From Candidatus Binatia bacterium (GTDB taxonomy: Bacteria; Desulfobacterota; Binatia; HRBIN30): a stretch of DNA of 64,000 nt. Below the pieces are notes generated by a model. The model searched no databases. It worked only from the letters and a program-made list of their open reading frames with translations, and was not told the origin of the DNA. Of this stretch, positions 39,322 to 49,239 are shown in pieces (position 1 is the first letter of the stretch; every line of letters starts with the position of its first letter). A program made the position numbers and the translations under genes. Location of the stretch: contig JBBRSP010000003.1 of assembly GCA_038245295.1 (NCBI GenBank), forward strand, positions 320,001-384,000, read 5' to 3'.

Positions 39322-39933
39322 GTGCCGTCAGCCGCAGCACCGACGCAGCGTCAGTTGTCAAAGGGCGAAATGATCTTCCGTCAGGGAGATCCGGGCCATT
39401 GCATGTACATCATGCTCCAGGGGCGGGTCCGCCTGATCCTCGGCGAACCAGGTCGCGAGCGCGAGCTTACGACCTTCCAGACCGGCGACTTCTTCGGCGA
39501 ATTGGCCGTATTGAGCGGCGAGCCGCGCAGCGCCTCCGCCGAAGTCACCGAGGATGCCACCGTTCTCGAGATCGGCCCGGAAACGTTTCAGATGATGGTG
39601 CACGACGACTTGGCCATCGTACGCCGCATCATGGAGGTTCAGGGGCAACGCGTGGCGCGGACCAACCAGCCGATCCAGGAGCTCAGTAAGCGGCTGCGTA
39701 CGGTTGGTGTGGCGGTGGTGTGCTTGCGCGCCCTGCGCGCCGGGGCCACGTCGCTCTCCCTTGCGGACCTCGAAAAGCGCTCCGGCCTGGCCGGGGCAAG
39801 CCTGAGTGAAACAACGTCGAGCCTGGAGCAGTTGGGTGCCGGCCGAGTCGAAGGCTCGCAATGGATCTTCGCCACGCCGGATGCCGACGTGAAATTTCTC
39901 GACGCCATGTCCAAGCTGTCCGCCGGCGAGTAG
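39322..39933 (+). CDS. cNMP-binding (Crp/Fnr-like) protein
   Basis: IFRQGDPG, GDFFGELA and PRSASA; C-terminal possible winged helix. Confidence 0.8.
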   Translation: MPSAAAPTQRQLSKGEMIFRQGDPGHCMYIMLQGRVRLILGEPGRERELTTFQTGDFFGELAVLSGEPRSASAEVTEDATVLEIGPETFQMMVHDDLAIVRRIMEVQGQRVARTNQPIQELSKRLRTVGVAVVCLRALRAGATSLSLADLEKRSGLAGASLSETTSSLEQLGAGRVEGSQWIFATPDADVKFLDAMSKLSAGE

Positions 39934-39983
39934 GGGCGGTTCGCGAACCGCCCGAATCCGTCCACGGCGGCCATGCCGAGGGC

Positions 39984-41003
39984 TCAGGGCTGACGACTCT
40001 TCAAATCCATTTCGCGGGTAAAGCTGACGAAGATGTCCTCGAGGCTCGGGCTCACCGAGCGCACGTCCGACTGATCACCGGGCTGAATCACTCCCGCCGT
40101 CACCAGACGGCTGCGCAGGTGATGCATGACTGAGGCGCGTTCGGCCGCGGTGGTGAACTGTCCCAACGTATCGTTCCGATCCGGTTCGGGCGGTAGGCCT
40201 TTGACCCGGATGTGCAACGCCTGGCCGAAGACGCTGATGTCATCGACGATCGGATCGTCCTTCAACACCGCCAGCGCGCGCATCAGTTCGTTACAGACGA
40301 TTTCGATACGCCGGTTGGTCGCCTTGATTTCGTCGGCCTTCATCGAGTTCGGATCGCCGCTGACGAGCAGCTGGCCATAGTAGATGTAGGCAGCCTTGGT
40401 GCAACGCTCCGCCTCGTCCATGTAGTGCGTCGTGACGAACAGCGTGGTGCCTTGCTGGGCCAACGAGAAGAGCAGATCCCACATCTGGCGTCGCGCCACC
40501 GGATCGACTCCGGCCGTCGGTTCATCGAGAAAGACAATGTTGGGCCCGTGAATCAATGCACAAGCCAGGGCAAGGCGCTGTTTGAGGCCACCAGACAGAC
40601 GACCCGCCTGCTGCTGTTCGCGATTGTCGAGGCCGCAAAGCTCGATGAGCTCGCGCTTGCGCGGCGTCGAGCGCTCGCGCGGCACACGGTACACGTCGCC
40701 GAAGAAATCGAGATTCTCCTGCACCGTAAGGTCGGGATAGAGACTGAACTTTTGCGACACGTAGCCGATGCTCTGCTTGATACGTTCCGGCTCGCGCATG
40801 ACGTCAAAGCCACCCACCGTGGCACTGCCGGCGCTAGGCGTCAGCAGGCCGCACAACATGCGGATCAACGTGGTCTTCCCCGACCCGTTGGGACCGAGCA
40901 TTCCGAAGATCTCGCCCTTGCCGATGCGCATGGTGATCGGCTTCACGGCTTCGCGATCTCCAAACCGCTTACACAAACCCTCTGTAACGATTGCGTCTGC
41001 CAT
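39984..41003 (-). CDS. ABC transporter ATP-binding protein
   Basis: GPNGSGKTT, LSGG, FLDEPT and TTHYMDE. Confidence 0.93.
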   Translation of the reverse strand: MADAIVTEGLCKRFGDREAVKPITMRIGKGEIFGMLGPNGSGKTTLIRMLCGLLTPSAGSATVGGFDVMREPERIKQSIGYVSQKFSLYPDLTVQENLDFFGDVYRVPRERSTPRKRELIELCGLDNREQQQAGRLSGGLKQRLALACALIHGPNIVFLDEPTAGVDPVARRQMWDLLFSLAQQGTTLFVTTHYMDEAERCTKAAYIYYGQLLVSGDPNSMKADEIKATNRRIEIVCNELMRALAVLKDDPIVDDISVFGQALHIRVKGLPPEPDRNDTLGQFTTAAERASVMHHLRSRLVTAGVIQPGDQSDVRSVSPSLEDIFVSFTREMDLKSRQP

Positions 41004-41080
41004 ACGTGTGTCGCGCGTCATACGATTTGGCGGGCGCAAAAGCTAGCGTCGGCGCTGCGATCCGTGGAGGGCGGCAAGAA

Positions 41081-41176
41081 GGACACCATCTCCCCCCGGC
41101 GACAGTTACCGAGCGCTACGTTCATCCAAGGATCTGATCTCACGGCACAATCGCCGAGTCTTGTGGGTGGGTGTCC
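41081..41176. ncRNA. Candidate structured RNA (long imperfect hairpin)
   Basis: Nested pairings GGACACC/GGTGTCC, CGGCGA/TCGCCG, CCG..GAG/CTC..CGG and ATCC/GGAT. Confidence 0.3.
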
Positions 41177-41225
41177 AACAATCGCGGGTCACTGGATTGT
41201 GACGGTCCGGCATCGAGGCGGTGAG

Positions 41226-41304
41226 GTAGGCGCAGGTCTTTAGCCTGCGCCGGATCGAGTGGTTCAGCATGGATATTCCGCCGCAAGCTAAAGCTTGCGC
41301 CTAC
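41226..41304. repeat. GTAG-type REP doublet (REPIN-like)
   Basis: GTAGGCGCAGGTCTTTAGCCTGCG ... CGCAAGCTAAAGCTTGCGCCTAC in inverted orientation. Confidence 0.7.
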
Positions 41305-41487
41305 CCGTGACGGCTTCCGCATCGGGCATTCGCCGGGACACCCGCGATTGTGCGCCGAAGCGTTGGCGAAGGCGCGAGCAACCGCCAATGGAAAATTCCG
41401 AATGGAGAATTGAGAAACGGTCAACCGCAGGGGACTTAGTCCAAGCCCGCCAATTGCATCAAAACGGTCCATCCAACCCCGCCGCCG

Positions 41488-41727
41488 TCAGTGCCGCGCA
41501 TCGCTGAGGACCTCACATTTCATTTCCTGCAGCAGATCCGCCAACGACTTGAGGGCGCGGTCGGGCCAGTTGTCGCCCATCGCCAGGGCCGACAAGGCCG
41601 TCGCGACGGCACAGCGCAGCAGCGCTGTCGCGCCGTTCTGGTCGAGCGCGGCACGAACGGTGGGATTGTCGACATTGATCTCGATGCGTACTTGCACGTC
41701 TTCTTCGAGTCGGGTGATCTGAATCAT
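41488..41727 (-). CDS. Small hypothetical protein (79 aa)
   Basis: Strong SD AAGGAGGAG; protein-like composition. Confidence 0.65.
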   Translation of the reverse strand: MIQITRLEEDVQVRIEINVDNPTVRAALDQNGATALLRCAVATALSALAMGDNWPDRALKSLADLLQEMKCEVLSDARH

Positions 41728-41925
41728 TCGCTCCTCCTTGCCCGCCACGCAACGCAAGCGTCGTGCCGCCCGGTGAGAGGCGACGGATCATCGAAGGAGA
41801 GGACAGCGTGTACTCACTGTGAGTCGGGGCATGTTGTCAGGCCGAAGCCTTTTGTGCAGGTAGTGCGGCGGCCTGCTTGACGGCCGCGCGTGCGGCTCGA
41901 TAAGAGCGACGCCACCAAGCCTACT

Positions 41926-43173
41926 ATGGAAACCTCACACACAGGCAATCTCGCCGGCGTTCGCGTGCTCGACTTGTCGCGCGAGTCCGGCTTCTTGACG
42001 GGTAAGCTGTTGGCCGAGCTCGGTGCCGATGTGATCAAGGTGGAGGACCCGGAAGGTGATCCGGCTCGCCTGCGGCCTCCCTTTGTCCAGGGCGTCGCGG
42101 CACCCGAGGCATCGGTGCTTTGGCTGGCGCTCAATACAAGTAAGCGCGGCATCACACTTGACCTTCGTAAGCCGGCCGGCGCGCGCGCCTTCGAAGCATT
42201 GTGCCGCACCGCCGACGTGGTGTTCGAGACGGCTGGACCGAGTGAAGCCCACGCCCTCCGCCATGCCGGCTTCGACCTGGCGCGTCTACACGCTCTCAAC
42301 CCGCGTCTGATCGTGTGCAACTTGAGCCCATTCGGCCAGACCGGCCCGTACGGCTCGTATCGCGGCTCGGATCTGACGGCGATGGCGCTGGGCGGCAACA
42401 TGTACCCGACAGGGAACCCGGAGCGCGCGCCGGTGCGTTGCTCGTTGCCGGTGTCGTACTACCATGGGTCGATCGAGGCGGCCGCCGGCATCAGCTTCGC
42501 TCTGTGGGGCCGCGAGACCAGCGGGCAGGGCCAGTTCATCGATGTGTCGCTGCAGGAAGTGATGAACGTCCCGAACATGACGACACCGATGCAACTGCCG
42601 TTCACCGGCTTCAAAGGCGGCCGCGTCGGTGGCGGCTTCCGCGGCAATAAGGCATTCTTCCACGAGTTGTGGCCGTGCAAGGACGGCTACGTGTCGTTTG
42701 CGCTGCGCGGCGGACCAGCACGTATCCCCGGCATCATCGCGCTGGTCGAGTACATGGACGAGAACGGCATGGCGCCGCCGGTCCTCAAAGAGCGGGACTG
42801 GAAGGCCTACAACCACAATACCGTGACGCAGGAAGAGGTCGATGCCATCGAGGTCGCCCTGGCAGCGTTCTTCCAGGGCAAGACGATGGAGGAGTTGTTC
42901 GCGACGGCGTGCGACCGCAACCTCATGCTGGCGCCCGGCAACACCGCCAAACAGATCCATGGCTCGAGGCAGTTGGCGGCGCGATCGTTCTTCGTCGATT
43001 TGGAAGATGCCGGTCGCGGCGTGACGCTGTCGTATCCCGGCGCGTTCGCCATCAGCTCGCTTGGCGGCATCGGCGTGCGCTCGCCGGCGCCCTGTCTGGG
43101 ACAACACAACGCCGAAGTCTATGCCGAGATCGGCCTCGATGCCGAGGCACTGAGAGCCCAAGGGGTCGCTTGA
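41926..43173 (+). CDS. Family III CoA-transferase (CaiB/BaiF)
   Basis: LAGVRVLDL, LGADVIKVE, NTSKRGITLDL and PFGQTGPY; HGS at the usual catalytic-Asp region. Confidence 0.9.
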   Translation: METSHTGNLAGVRVLDLSRESGFLTGKLLAELGADVIKVEDPEGDPARLRPPFVQGVAAPEASVLWLALNTSKRGITLDLRKPAGARAFEALCRTADVVFETAGPSEAHALRHAGFDLARLHALNPRLIVCNLSPFGQTGPYGSYRGSDLTAMALGGNMYPTGNPERAPVRCSLPVSYYHGSIEAAAGISFALWGRETSGQGQFIDVSLQEVMNVPNMTTPMQLPFTGFKGGRVGGGFRGNKAFFHELWPCKDGYVSFALRGGPARIPGIIALVEYMDENGMAPPVLKERDWKAYNHNTVTQEEVDAIEVALAAFFQGKTMEELFATACDRNLMLAPGNTAKQIHGSRQLAARSFFVDLEDAGRGVTLSYPGAFAISSLGGIGVRSPAPCLGQHNAEVYAEIGLDAEALRAQGVA

Positions 43174-43242
43174 TGCCGGCAGAGTGCCGCTGAGCGCGAG
43201 GCGGATGGAGCCAGGCGGACCGACCAGATGAAAGCCCTGGCC

Positions 43243-43460
43243 GAGACTGTCGATAAACTGAAATGAAGCTACGTCATCCCGGCGAAAGCGACTGTCGATA
43301 AACTCGGATGCTATCCCGTCATCCCGGCGAAAGAGTGTGTCGATTTACTCGGAAACCATATTCAAAACCGAGCAGACCTATCCATCATACCGGCTTTCGC
43401 CGGTATGACGGGGGTGTCTGCGTTCTTTGAAACGATGAATCAGCGAAAATCGACAGTCTC
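43243..43460. mobile_element. MITE copy B with stacked internal ends
   Basis: Perfect TIR GAGACTGTCGAT / ATCGACAGTCTC; 4-bp duplication GGCC at 43239-43242 and 43461-43464. Confidence 0.85.
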
Positions 43461-43702
43461 GGCCCGGGGGAACGAGGTGACGGTCCGTGGGGTGCCCGTG
43501 GCTGCTGGCCGACCGCCAGACAACAAGCATTGTTGCGTGCCGTGTTGCTCCCCGGCGACGTCGTGCGCCGACGCCACGGCCACGGCGCTTTGTTGGGCTT
43601 CGCCTCTGCGTTGGCGACAACCTGGGAATGCGCCAGCCTTGGCGCCGCGATGGTGCAGATTCCGCGCCGGCTCGTCCGGCGGCTCGCACACACGGGGGCG
43701 GC

Positions 43703-44000
43703 GTGAAGATTCTGCATTGGACAGAGTTGTTCTGGCCGCATATCGGCGGCGTCGAGACATTTACGGCGCAGCTGCTGAAGCGGCAGCAGCAGGTTGGCCA
43801 CGAGGTGAGCATCGTCACCTCGCACAGCGGCGTTCGGCTGCCGGATGAGGATCAGCACGACGGCATCCCGAGTCGGCGGTTTCCCTTCAACGCGATTCTC
43901 GCCGATTGCGATCTGCCGCGAATCGCCGTCGTGCGCGGTAAGGTAGCGGCGCTCAAGAATCGCCTCACGCCCGATGTGATTCACGTGCACAGTAGCCCCG
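43703..44000 (+). pseudogene. Glycosyltransferase family 4 N-terminal fragment
   Basis: MKILHWTELFWPHIGGVE..GHEVSIVT..PDVIHVH, after which the similarity is lost; no C-terminal GT-B domain. Confidence 0.7.
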
Positions 44001-44686
44001 TTGCTCGCCGCTGTCGGCGGCTGGAGCGCCATTGCCATGGCTGGGTGGCGTGCCGCAAGTCCACGTCGACGTCGTTTCCTTCCTCTTACGGTTGCATCCC
44101 TCTTTCTCGTTGCCTCGACGCGCGGAGCAACGGGACAGGGTGCCGCACCCGATCGACTTCCGGAGGCTTCACTGCGGGGAGCCCATCCGCCGGCAACGCC
44201 GCCTGCCGTGATGGATCGTCTTCCTGATCGGATGCTACGCAGTGCGTTCGCGACCCCGACTGCCTCGCCGCCCGCGCCTACCATTGTTCCGCCGTTTGTG
44301 AAGGTTGGCCTCCGCAACGATCGATCGACGGGTGTGGCGTCCCCTATCGTCTACGTCGGGTTGACGTCGGATGGGACATCCTTCTCACTCGGCGAAGGCG
44401 GAGGGTTGATCGACCGAACGGGCGAAAAGACGACTATGGCGCCGAACAGCTGTTGCTGTTGCGCTACGCCTCAACGCGGTGGGAACTGGCCTTCGTGTGG
44501 AAGAACGGTACGGAGTCGACCATTGGGCCGATGGATCATCAGACCTGGGCGCAATTCAAATCCGCGATGGCGCAGTATTTCCCCGGTGGTCTTGTCCCGT
44601 TGGTCGAAGTGGATCGGTGAATCGAGGCGGTAGTCGAGGCCGAGGTTGACCGTCACGTACGCCTGAGGGTATTTCGGTCGGCACCA

Positions 44687-45955
44687 ATGACAGAGCAAGG
44701 CACGGCAGGGGAAGCGGTGCGGTCGACGGCAAAGCCGCGGCTGTTTGATGGATTGAAGGTTCTCGAATTCGGCGGCGGTGCCGCCGGGCCGCTGGGGACG
44801 CGTTACTTCGCCGATCAGGGCGCGACGGTGATTCGTGTCGAGTCGAAACAGCGCCCCGACTTCATTCGTTTGTTGCGCTACACGCCCGGCGACCCGGCCG
44901 GATTGGATGGCAGCCACATGTTCGCCATGGTGAACATCAACAAGCTCGGCATCGCGCTCAACATGAGTCACCCGAAGGCCATCGGCCTGGCGCGGCGCCT
45001 GGTCGATTGGTGTGATGTGTTGGCTGAAAACTTCGCCCCGAAGGCGATGGCGAAGTGGAGTCTCGATTACGCCACTCTGAGCCAGAGCAAACCCGATCTG
45101 GTGATGATCAGTACATGTCTGAACGGACAGACGGGGCCGGATCGTAACTATCCGGGCTTCGGTGGGCAGGGCTCGGCGATCAGCGGCTTCAATCACCTGA
45201 CCGGCTGGCCCGACCTCGAGCCGCTCGGTCCCTACGGAACCATCACCGACTCCTTGTCGCCACGCTACGTGGCGTTGCTCGTCGCTTCGGCGCTCCTGCA
45301 TCGTCGGCGCACCGGGCACGGGCAGTATATCGACCTCTCCCAGGTCGAAGGCGGCGTCGTCTGCCTCAGTGAAAACCTGCTGACCTACACGGCAACCGGC
45401 GAGTTGCTGGAACGCATCGGCAACCGCTCACGTCATGCCGCTCCACACGGGGTGTTTCGTTGCGCCGCCAAGGGCGACGACGATGATCGATGGATCGCAA
45501 TTTCCATCCAGAGCGACGAGCAGTGGTTTGCTTTGCGGCGCGCCATGGGGGATCCGGCGTGGGCGACCAAGCCGGATTGGTCGTCGACGGCCGGCCGTCT
45601 GGCGCAGGTCGATCAGATCGAGGCCGCGGTCGGCGAGTGGACTCGCACGAAGACTGCCGAAGAGCTGATGCGCAAACTGCAGGCCGCCGGTGTCGAAGCC
45701 GGTCTGGTCAACAACTTCGAAGACCTGCTCAACGACCCACAGTTGCGGCATCGCAACCACTACCGCGAGGTGACGCATCCGGTGATCGGCAAACATCTCT
45801 GTGAGACCAACGGCATGCGGTTCTCCGCGACGCCCGATGCCGTGACACGGCCGGCGCCACGGCTCGGCGAACACACATCGGAGGTGTTCCAGAACATCTT
45901 GGGTCTGAGCGAAGCGGAGTATGCCGAGCTGAACGCCGAGGGCGTATTTCAATGA
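44687..45955 (+). CDS. Family III CoA-transferase (CaiB/BaiF)
   Basis: GLKVLEF, GATVIRVES, ENFAP, GQTGP and TITD (catalytic Asp position). Confidence 0.9.
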   Translation: MTEQGTAGEAVRSTAKPRLFDGLKVLEFGGGAAGPLGTRYFADQGATVIRVESKQRPDFIRLLRYTPGDPAGLDGSHMFAMVNINKLGIALNMSHPKAIGLARRLVDWCDVLAENFAPKAMAKWSLDYATLSQSKPDLVMISTCLNGQTGPDRNYPGFGGQGSAISGFNHLTGWPDLEPLGPYGTITDSLSPRYVALLVASALLHRRRTGHGQYIDLSQVEGGVVCLSENLLTYTATGELLERIGNRSRHAAPHGVFRCAAKGDDDDRWIAISIQSDEQWFALRRAMGDPAWATKPDWSSTAGRLAQVDQIEAAVGEWTRTKTAEELMRKLQAAGVEAGLVNNFEDLLNDPQLRHRNHYREVTHPVIGKHLCETNGMRFSATPDAVTRPAPRLGEHTSEVFQNILGLSEAEYAELNAEGVFQ

Positions 45956-46581
45956 GCCCGCTGGAGCCGGTTGCCTTCGATGTTGGTCGTGCCGCGTTGT
46001 GCATCGTCGAGATGCAGAACGATATCGTGCACGAATCGAACATCGGCAAACGTGGCATCGGTGGGGTGCTCGCGGCGCAGGTGCAGAAGCGCGGCGTCGT
46101 CGGATGTTTGCAGGCGGTGCTGGCGGCAGCGCGCCAGCGCCGCGTTCCCGTGCTGTACATCAACTTCGCCTTGAAGCCGGGCTTTCCAAAGCCCAACACG
46201 AAACTGCACAACCGCTCGCGCAGTCAGCCGACCCTGATCGAGGGAACCTGGGGTGTGCAGGTGCACGAGGGCCTGACGCCACAACCGAGCGACTTTGTTC
46301 TCGAGCGTACCGTCGGCATCGACGGTTCGTATGGCACGCAGCTCTATCCGGTACTGCGATCGCTGCAACGCAACGTCATGATCATGAGTGGCGTGTCGAC
46401 CAATCTCGCGGTCGAGGGCGTGGTGCGCGCCTCGGTCAACCGCGGCTTCGATGTTGTCGTGATGGAAGATTGCTGCGCCAGCTATCCCGACGAGTGGCAT
46501 CGCTTCTCGATCGACAACATTCTGCCTCTGATTGCCACGGTCACCGACAGCGTGGCAATCCTGGAGCGCCTTCGTTCCTGA
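45952..46581 (+). CDS. Isochorismatase/cysteine-hydrolase family protein with a non-canonical active site
   Basis: IVEMQND, GTWG, GVSTNLAVE and EDCCAS; ATGA coupling. Confidence 0.82.
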   Translation: MSPLEPVAFDVGRAALCIVEMQNDIVHESNIGKRGIGGVLAAQVQKRGVVGCLQAVLAAARQRRVPVLYINFALKPGFPKPNTKLHNRSRSQPTLIEGTWGVQVHEGLTPQPSDFVLERTVGIDGSYGTQLYPVLRSLQRNVMIMSGVSTNLAVEGVVRASVNRGFDVVVMEDCCASYPDEWHRFSIDNILPLIATVTDSVAILERLRS

Positions 46582-46590
46582 GTGCTCTGC

Positions 46591-49014
46591 CTATTCAGCC
46601 ACGACGCTCCCGCGCTGACGCGGCAGTTGGCGCGACGACGTGTCGCTGCCGCCCTCGATGTAGAGCACGGGCTGGCCGGGAGCGAGCGCGGTTGCGGAGG
46701 CAAGGGCAACGCGCAGGTTGCCTTGGGCGTCGTGATGATAGGCCACTAGGGCGCCCGGCGCGCCGGGGCCGCGGCGAACCCGTAGCTTGCCGACCAGGCT
46801 CGCATCTGTCGGGAGAACGACTTCGAGCGAGTGCGTTGCGGGGGCGTCGGCGTCCAAGGTGAGCGGCAGCCGCCAGTGGCCGGAGCGCGAATGGCGTGCC
46901 GTCGCGAAGTGGGCTGCAGCAAGGCTGCGGCGAGCCGCACCGCCACCGCCCGCGGGTGGGGTCCAATTGCCGTTGACGTCGCCGAACAGGATGCCGAGGA
47001 AATCCTGATTCTGGGCTGCCGGTTGTCCGCCCGGAGTCAGCGCCACGAGCGGGCTGTAGCTGATGCTGCCGGGTTGGCAGGGCAGGGTGGTGGCGGAGAA
47101 AGACGTGATGCCCTGATTGCTGACCGCCGCCGGTACGGGCAGGAACGCCCAGGACGAATTGCAGCGGCTCGCGGCGGTGATGGGCAACTCGGTGATGAGG
47201 TTGACGCGATACTGTAAGATGAGCGACGCGTCGATGCTCGAGATACCGCCACTACCGTTGACGTCGGCGGCAATCAGTTGCGCCGGTGCCAAGGTCGTCA
47301 GGCTCACCGCCGCTTGCAGCACCAACACGGCATCAAGCGAGCTGATCGCGGCGGCTGCGTTTGAATCCCTCAAGCCCGGGGCAACCGCCCATGTATCGCT
47401 CGCGAGGCCGGCGAAAGCGTACAGGCCGGAGGCCGATGTCGTCGTGTTCGCTGTCCCGGCACCGCTGAGCGCCAGCGCCACGTTCGGCACCGGAACGGCG
47501 TTGGCAAAGAAGTAGATGTGGCCACTAATGCCGTCGGCCGGCGTCGGCTCCGACGTGGCCGTGACAGTGGGGGTCGAGGTGGGGGTCTTTGTTGCTACCG
47601 GCGTCGGGCTGAGGGTCGGGGTGTTCGTATTGGTTGGTGTGTTGGTGAGCGTAGACGTAACGGTCGGTGTCGATGTGAGCGAGGCGGTCCCGGTAGGGGT
47701 CGCCGTTCGCGTTGCGGTTCCGGTGCGAGTTTGGGTTGGCGTTTGAGTGCCCGTGCGTGTTGGCGTCGAGGTGCTTGTCGGCGCGATCGTCGGCGTGTAG
47801 GTGGGCCCGACGAACGGGTAGATGAACTCCATACCGCTGATGTCGTCCGAGCGAATGCTGGCACAGCGTTGCGGGCTCTCGGAGCTGAAGTGCGCCGAGG
47901 CATACATCGTCGCGGTTGGATCGGCGGAGTGGCCGAAGCCGATGGTGTGGCCGATCTCGTGTGTCAGCAGCTCTCCGAGACTGCATTGGTTCCATGGCGA
48001 GCAAGTGCTCAGACCGTTCTGGATCACCACCTTGGCTTCGGTGATCGCCGTGAAGGATTGGCCGTTTACCACCTTGGTCGGCGACGACGTGCTGCAGTAG
48101 CCGCCCTGACCGATGACGCCGGGACAACCAGCGCCGGCGATGTCGTTGTACGGATCATTGAACAGTATGCGGTTGATGCCCTGACAGCCGGCGAAGAGCG
48201 GCAAGGGAAGGCTTAGCGCCCCACCATTCTGGAGGATCAGTGATGCTGTCGGAACATTGGTCCAGGCACCCATGGCATCCACGACCGCTGCCCACGAGGT
48301 CGTCGCCCCGAGGGCGGTGTCGCCGGCCGGGTCAAGGAAATAGGAAACCGGCGTGTTGGTGTCCGCCTGGTGCCAGCGCGACGGGGTCGAGGGTGCCAGG
48401 AAAGTAAACGGTGACATGAACTCGTCCAGCTGAACCGAGCGCTGGGTTTGCACCGGCAGATGTCGTGTGCGTCGATGCGCCAGGCGTTGCAGCCGGCGTA
48501 GCAAGCGGTCGAGCGGAATTGTCTCGACCTCGGGCTCGTAGAATTTCCCACTCGTCGGATCCACGAATGTCGTTTCGCGTAGGGCCCGTCGGGCCACCGT
48601 GTTACCGGCAGAGTCGGTCAGCAGGAAGTATTGGCCGAGGCCGGCCTGCGTGGTCTCGAGGCGGCCGTCATCGGTGAGCCGCGCGAAGACCAGCACCCGA
48701 TCGCCAACGTGATACTCTGGCATTCCGAAGAGAACCTCGGTCACGGTTCCATCCGTCCCGCCGGGCTGCTGCAGTTCCACCTGTGGGCTATCCAGGGTAC
48801 CAAGCAGCACCCGCTCAGGATCGAGGGTCACCCGCGTGATGAGGCGCTGCGTGCCGGGGAGACGACCCGAATCGACCTTGGTTACGGTGGCGATGAGCAC
48901 CAGGTCGGATTGCGACGCCATCCGGGTATCGGAGATCGGGATCATCGTTGTGGCGTGTGCGAGGGCGGGTACGACGAACACCAGGACTGTTGCCAGACGT
49001 GCTGAAAAACTCAT
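46591..49014 (-). CDS. Exported matrixin (M10-like) metalloprotease with Thr/Pro linker, dockerin-like and cohesin-like C-terminal modules
   Basis: [12 protein letters not shown] plus ATMY Met-turn; [38 protein letters not shown]. Confidence 0.8.
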   Translation of the reverse strand: MSFSARLATVLVFVVPALAHATTMIPISDTRMASQSDLVLIATVTKVDSGRLPGTQRLITRVTLDPERVLLGTLDSPQVELQQPGGTDGTVTEVLFGMPEYHVGDRVLVFARLTDDGRLETTQAGLGQYFLLTDSAGNTVARRALRETTFVDPTSGKFYEPEVETIPLDRLLRRLQRLAHRRTRHLPVQTQRSVQLDEFMSPFTFLAPSTPSRWHQADTNTPVSYFLDPAGDTALGATTSWAAVVDAMGAWTNVPTASLILQNGGALSLPLPLFAGCQGINRILFNDPYNDIAGAGCPGVIGQGGYCSTSSPTKVVNGQSFTAITEAKVVIQNGLSTCSPWNQCSLGELLTHEIGHTIGFGHSADPTATMYASAHFSSESPQRCASIRSDDISGMEFIYPFVGPTYTPTIAPTSTSTPTRTGTQTPTQTRTGTATRTATPTGTASLTSTPTVTSTLTNTPTNTNTPTLSPTPVATKTPTSTPTVTATSEPTPADGISGHIYFFANAVPVPNVALALSGAGTANTTTSASGLYAFAGLASDTWAVAPGLRDSNAAAAISSLDAVLVLQAAVSLTTLAPAQLIAADVNGSGGISSIDASLILQYRVNLITELPITAASRCNSSWAFLPVPAAVSNQGITSFSATTLPCQPGSISYSPLVALTPGGQPAAQNQDFLGILFGDVNGNWTPPAGGGGAARRSLAAAHFATARHSRSGHWRLPLTLDADAPATHSLEVVLPTDASLVGKLRVRRGPGAPGALVAYHHDAQGNLRVALASATALAPGQPVLYIEGGSDTSSRQLPRQRGSVVAE

Positions 49015-49239
49015 TCTGCCTGCAAGTATTCCTGCAAACCGGTGCCTTGCCCAGCGGAAAGTGCGGGCCGCGACTTCTCGCGTTTATTGGACGTCGTACG
49101 GAGAGTCTGCGAAGCACGAATCGACGATGGAACACCTGCGGCGATCAACCGACGCTCAGCCTGCGGAGTCCGCCAATGCGAATTGCCGTGCCAAGCCCAC
49201 GCACCCGGAACCCTCCACTTGCGTCCCCCCTTGGCTCCC

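Noticed and set aside
47530..47800. Thr/Pro-rich tracts as DNA tandem repeats
   Set aside because: They are ordinary low-complexity protein linkers with varied codons
49030..49050. Sigma54 promoter for the matrixin gene
   Set aside because: GG-to-GC spacing is 9 nt rather than the required 10
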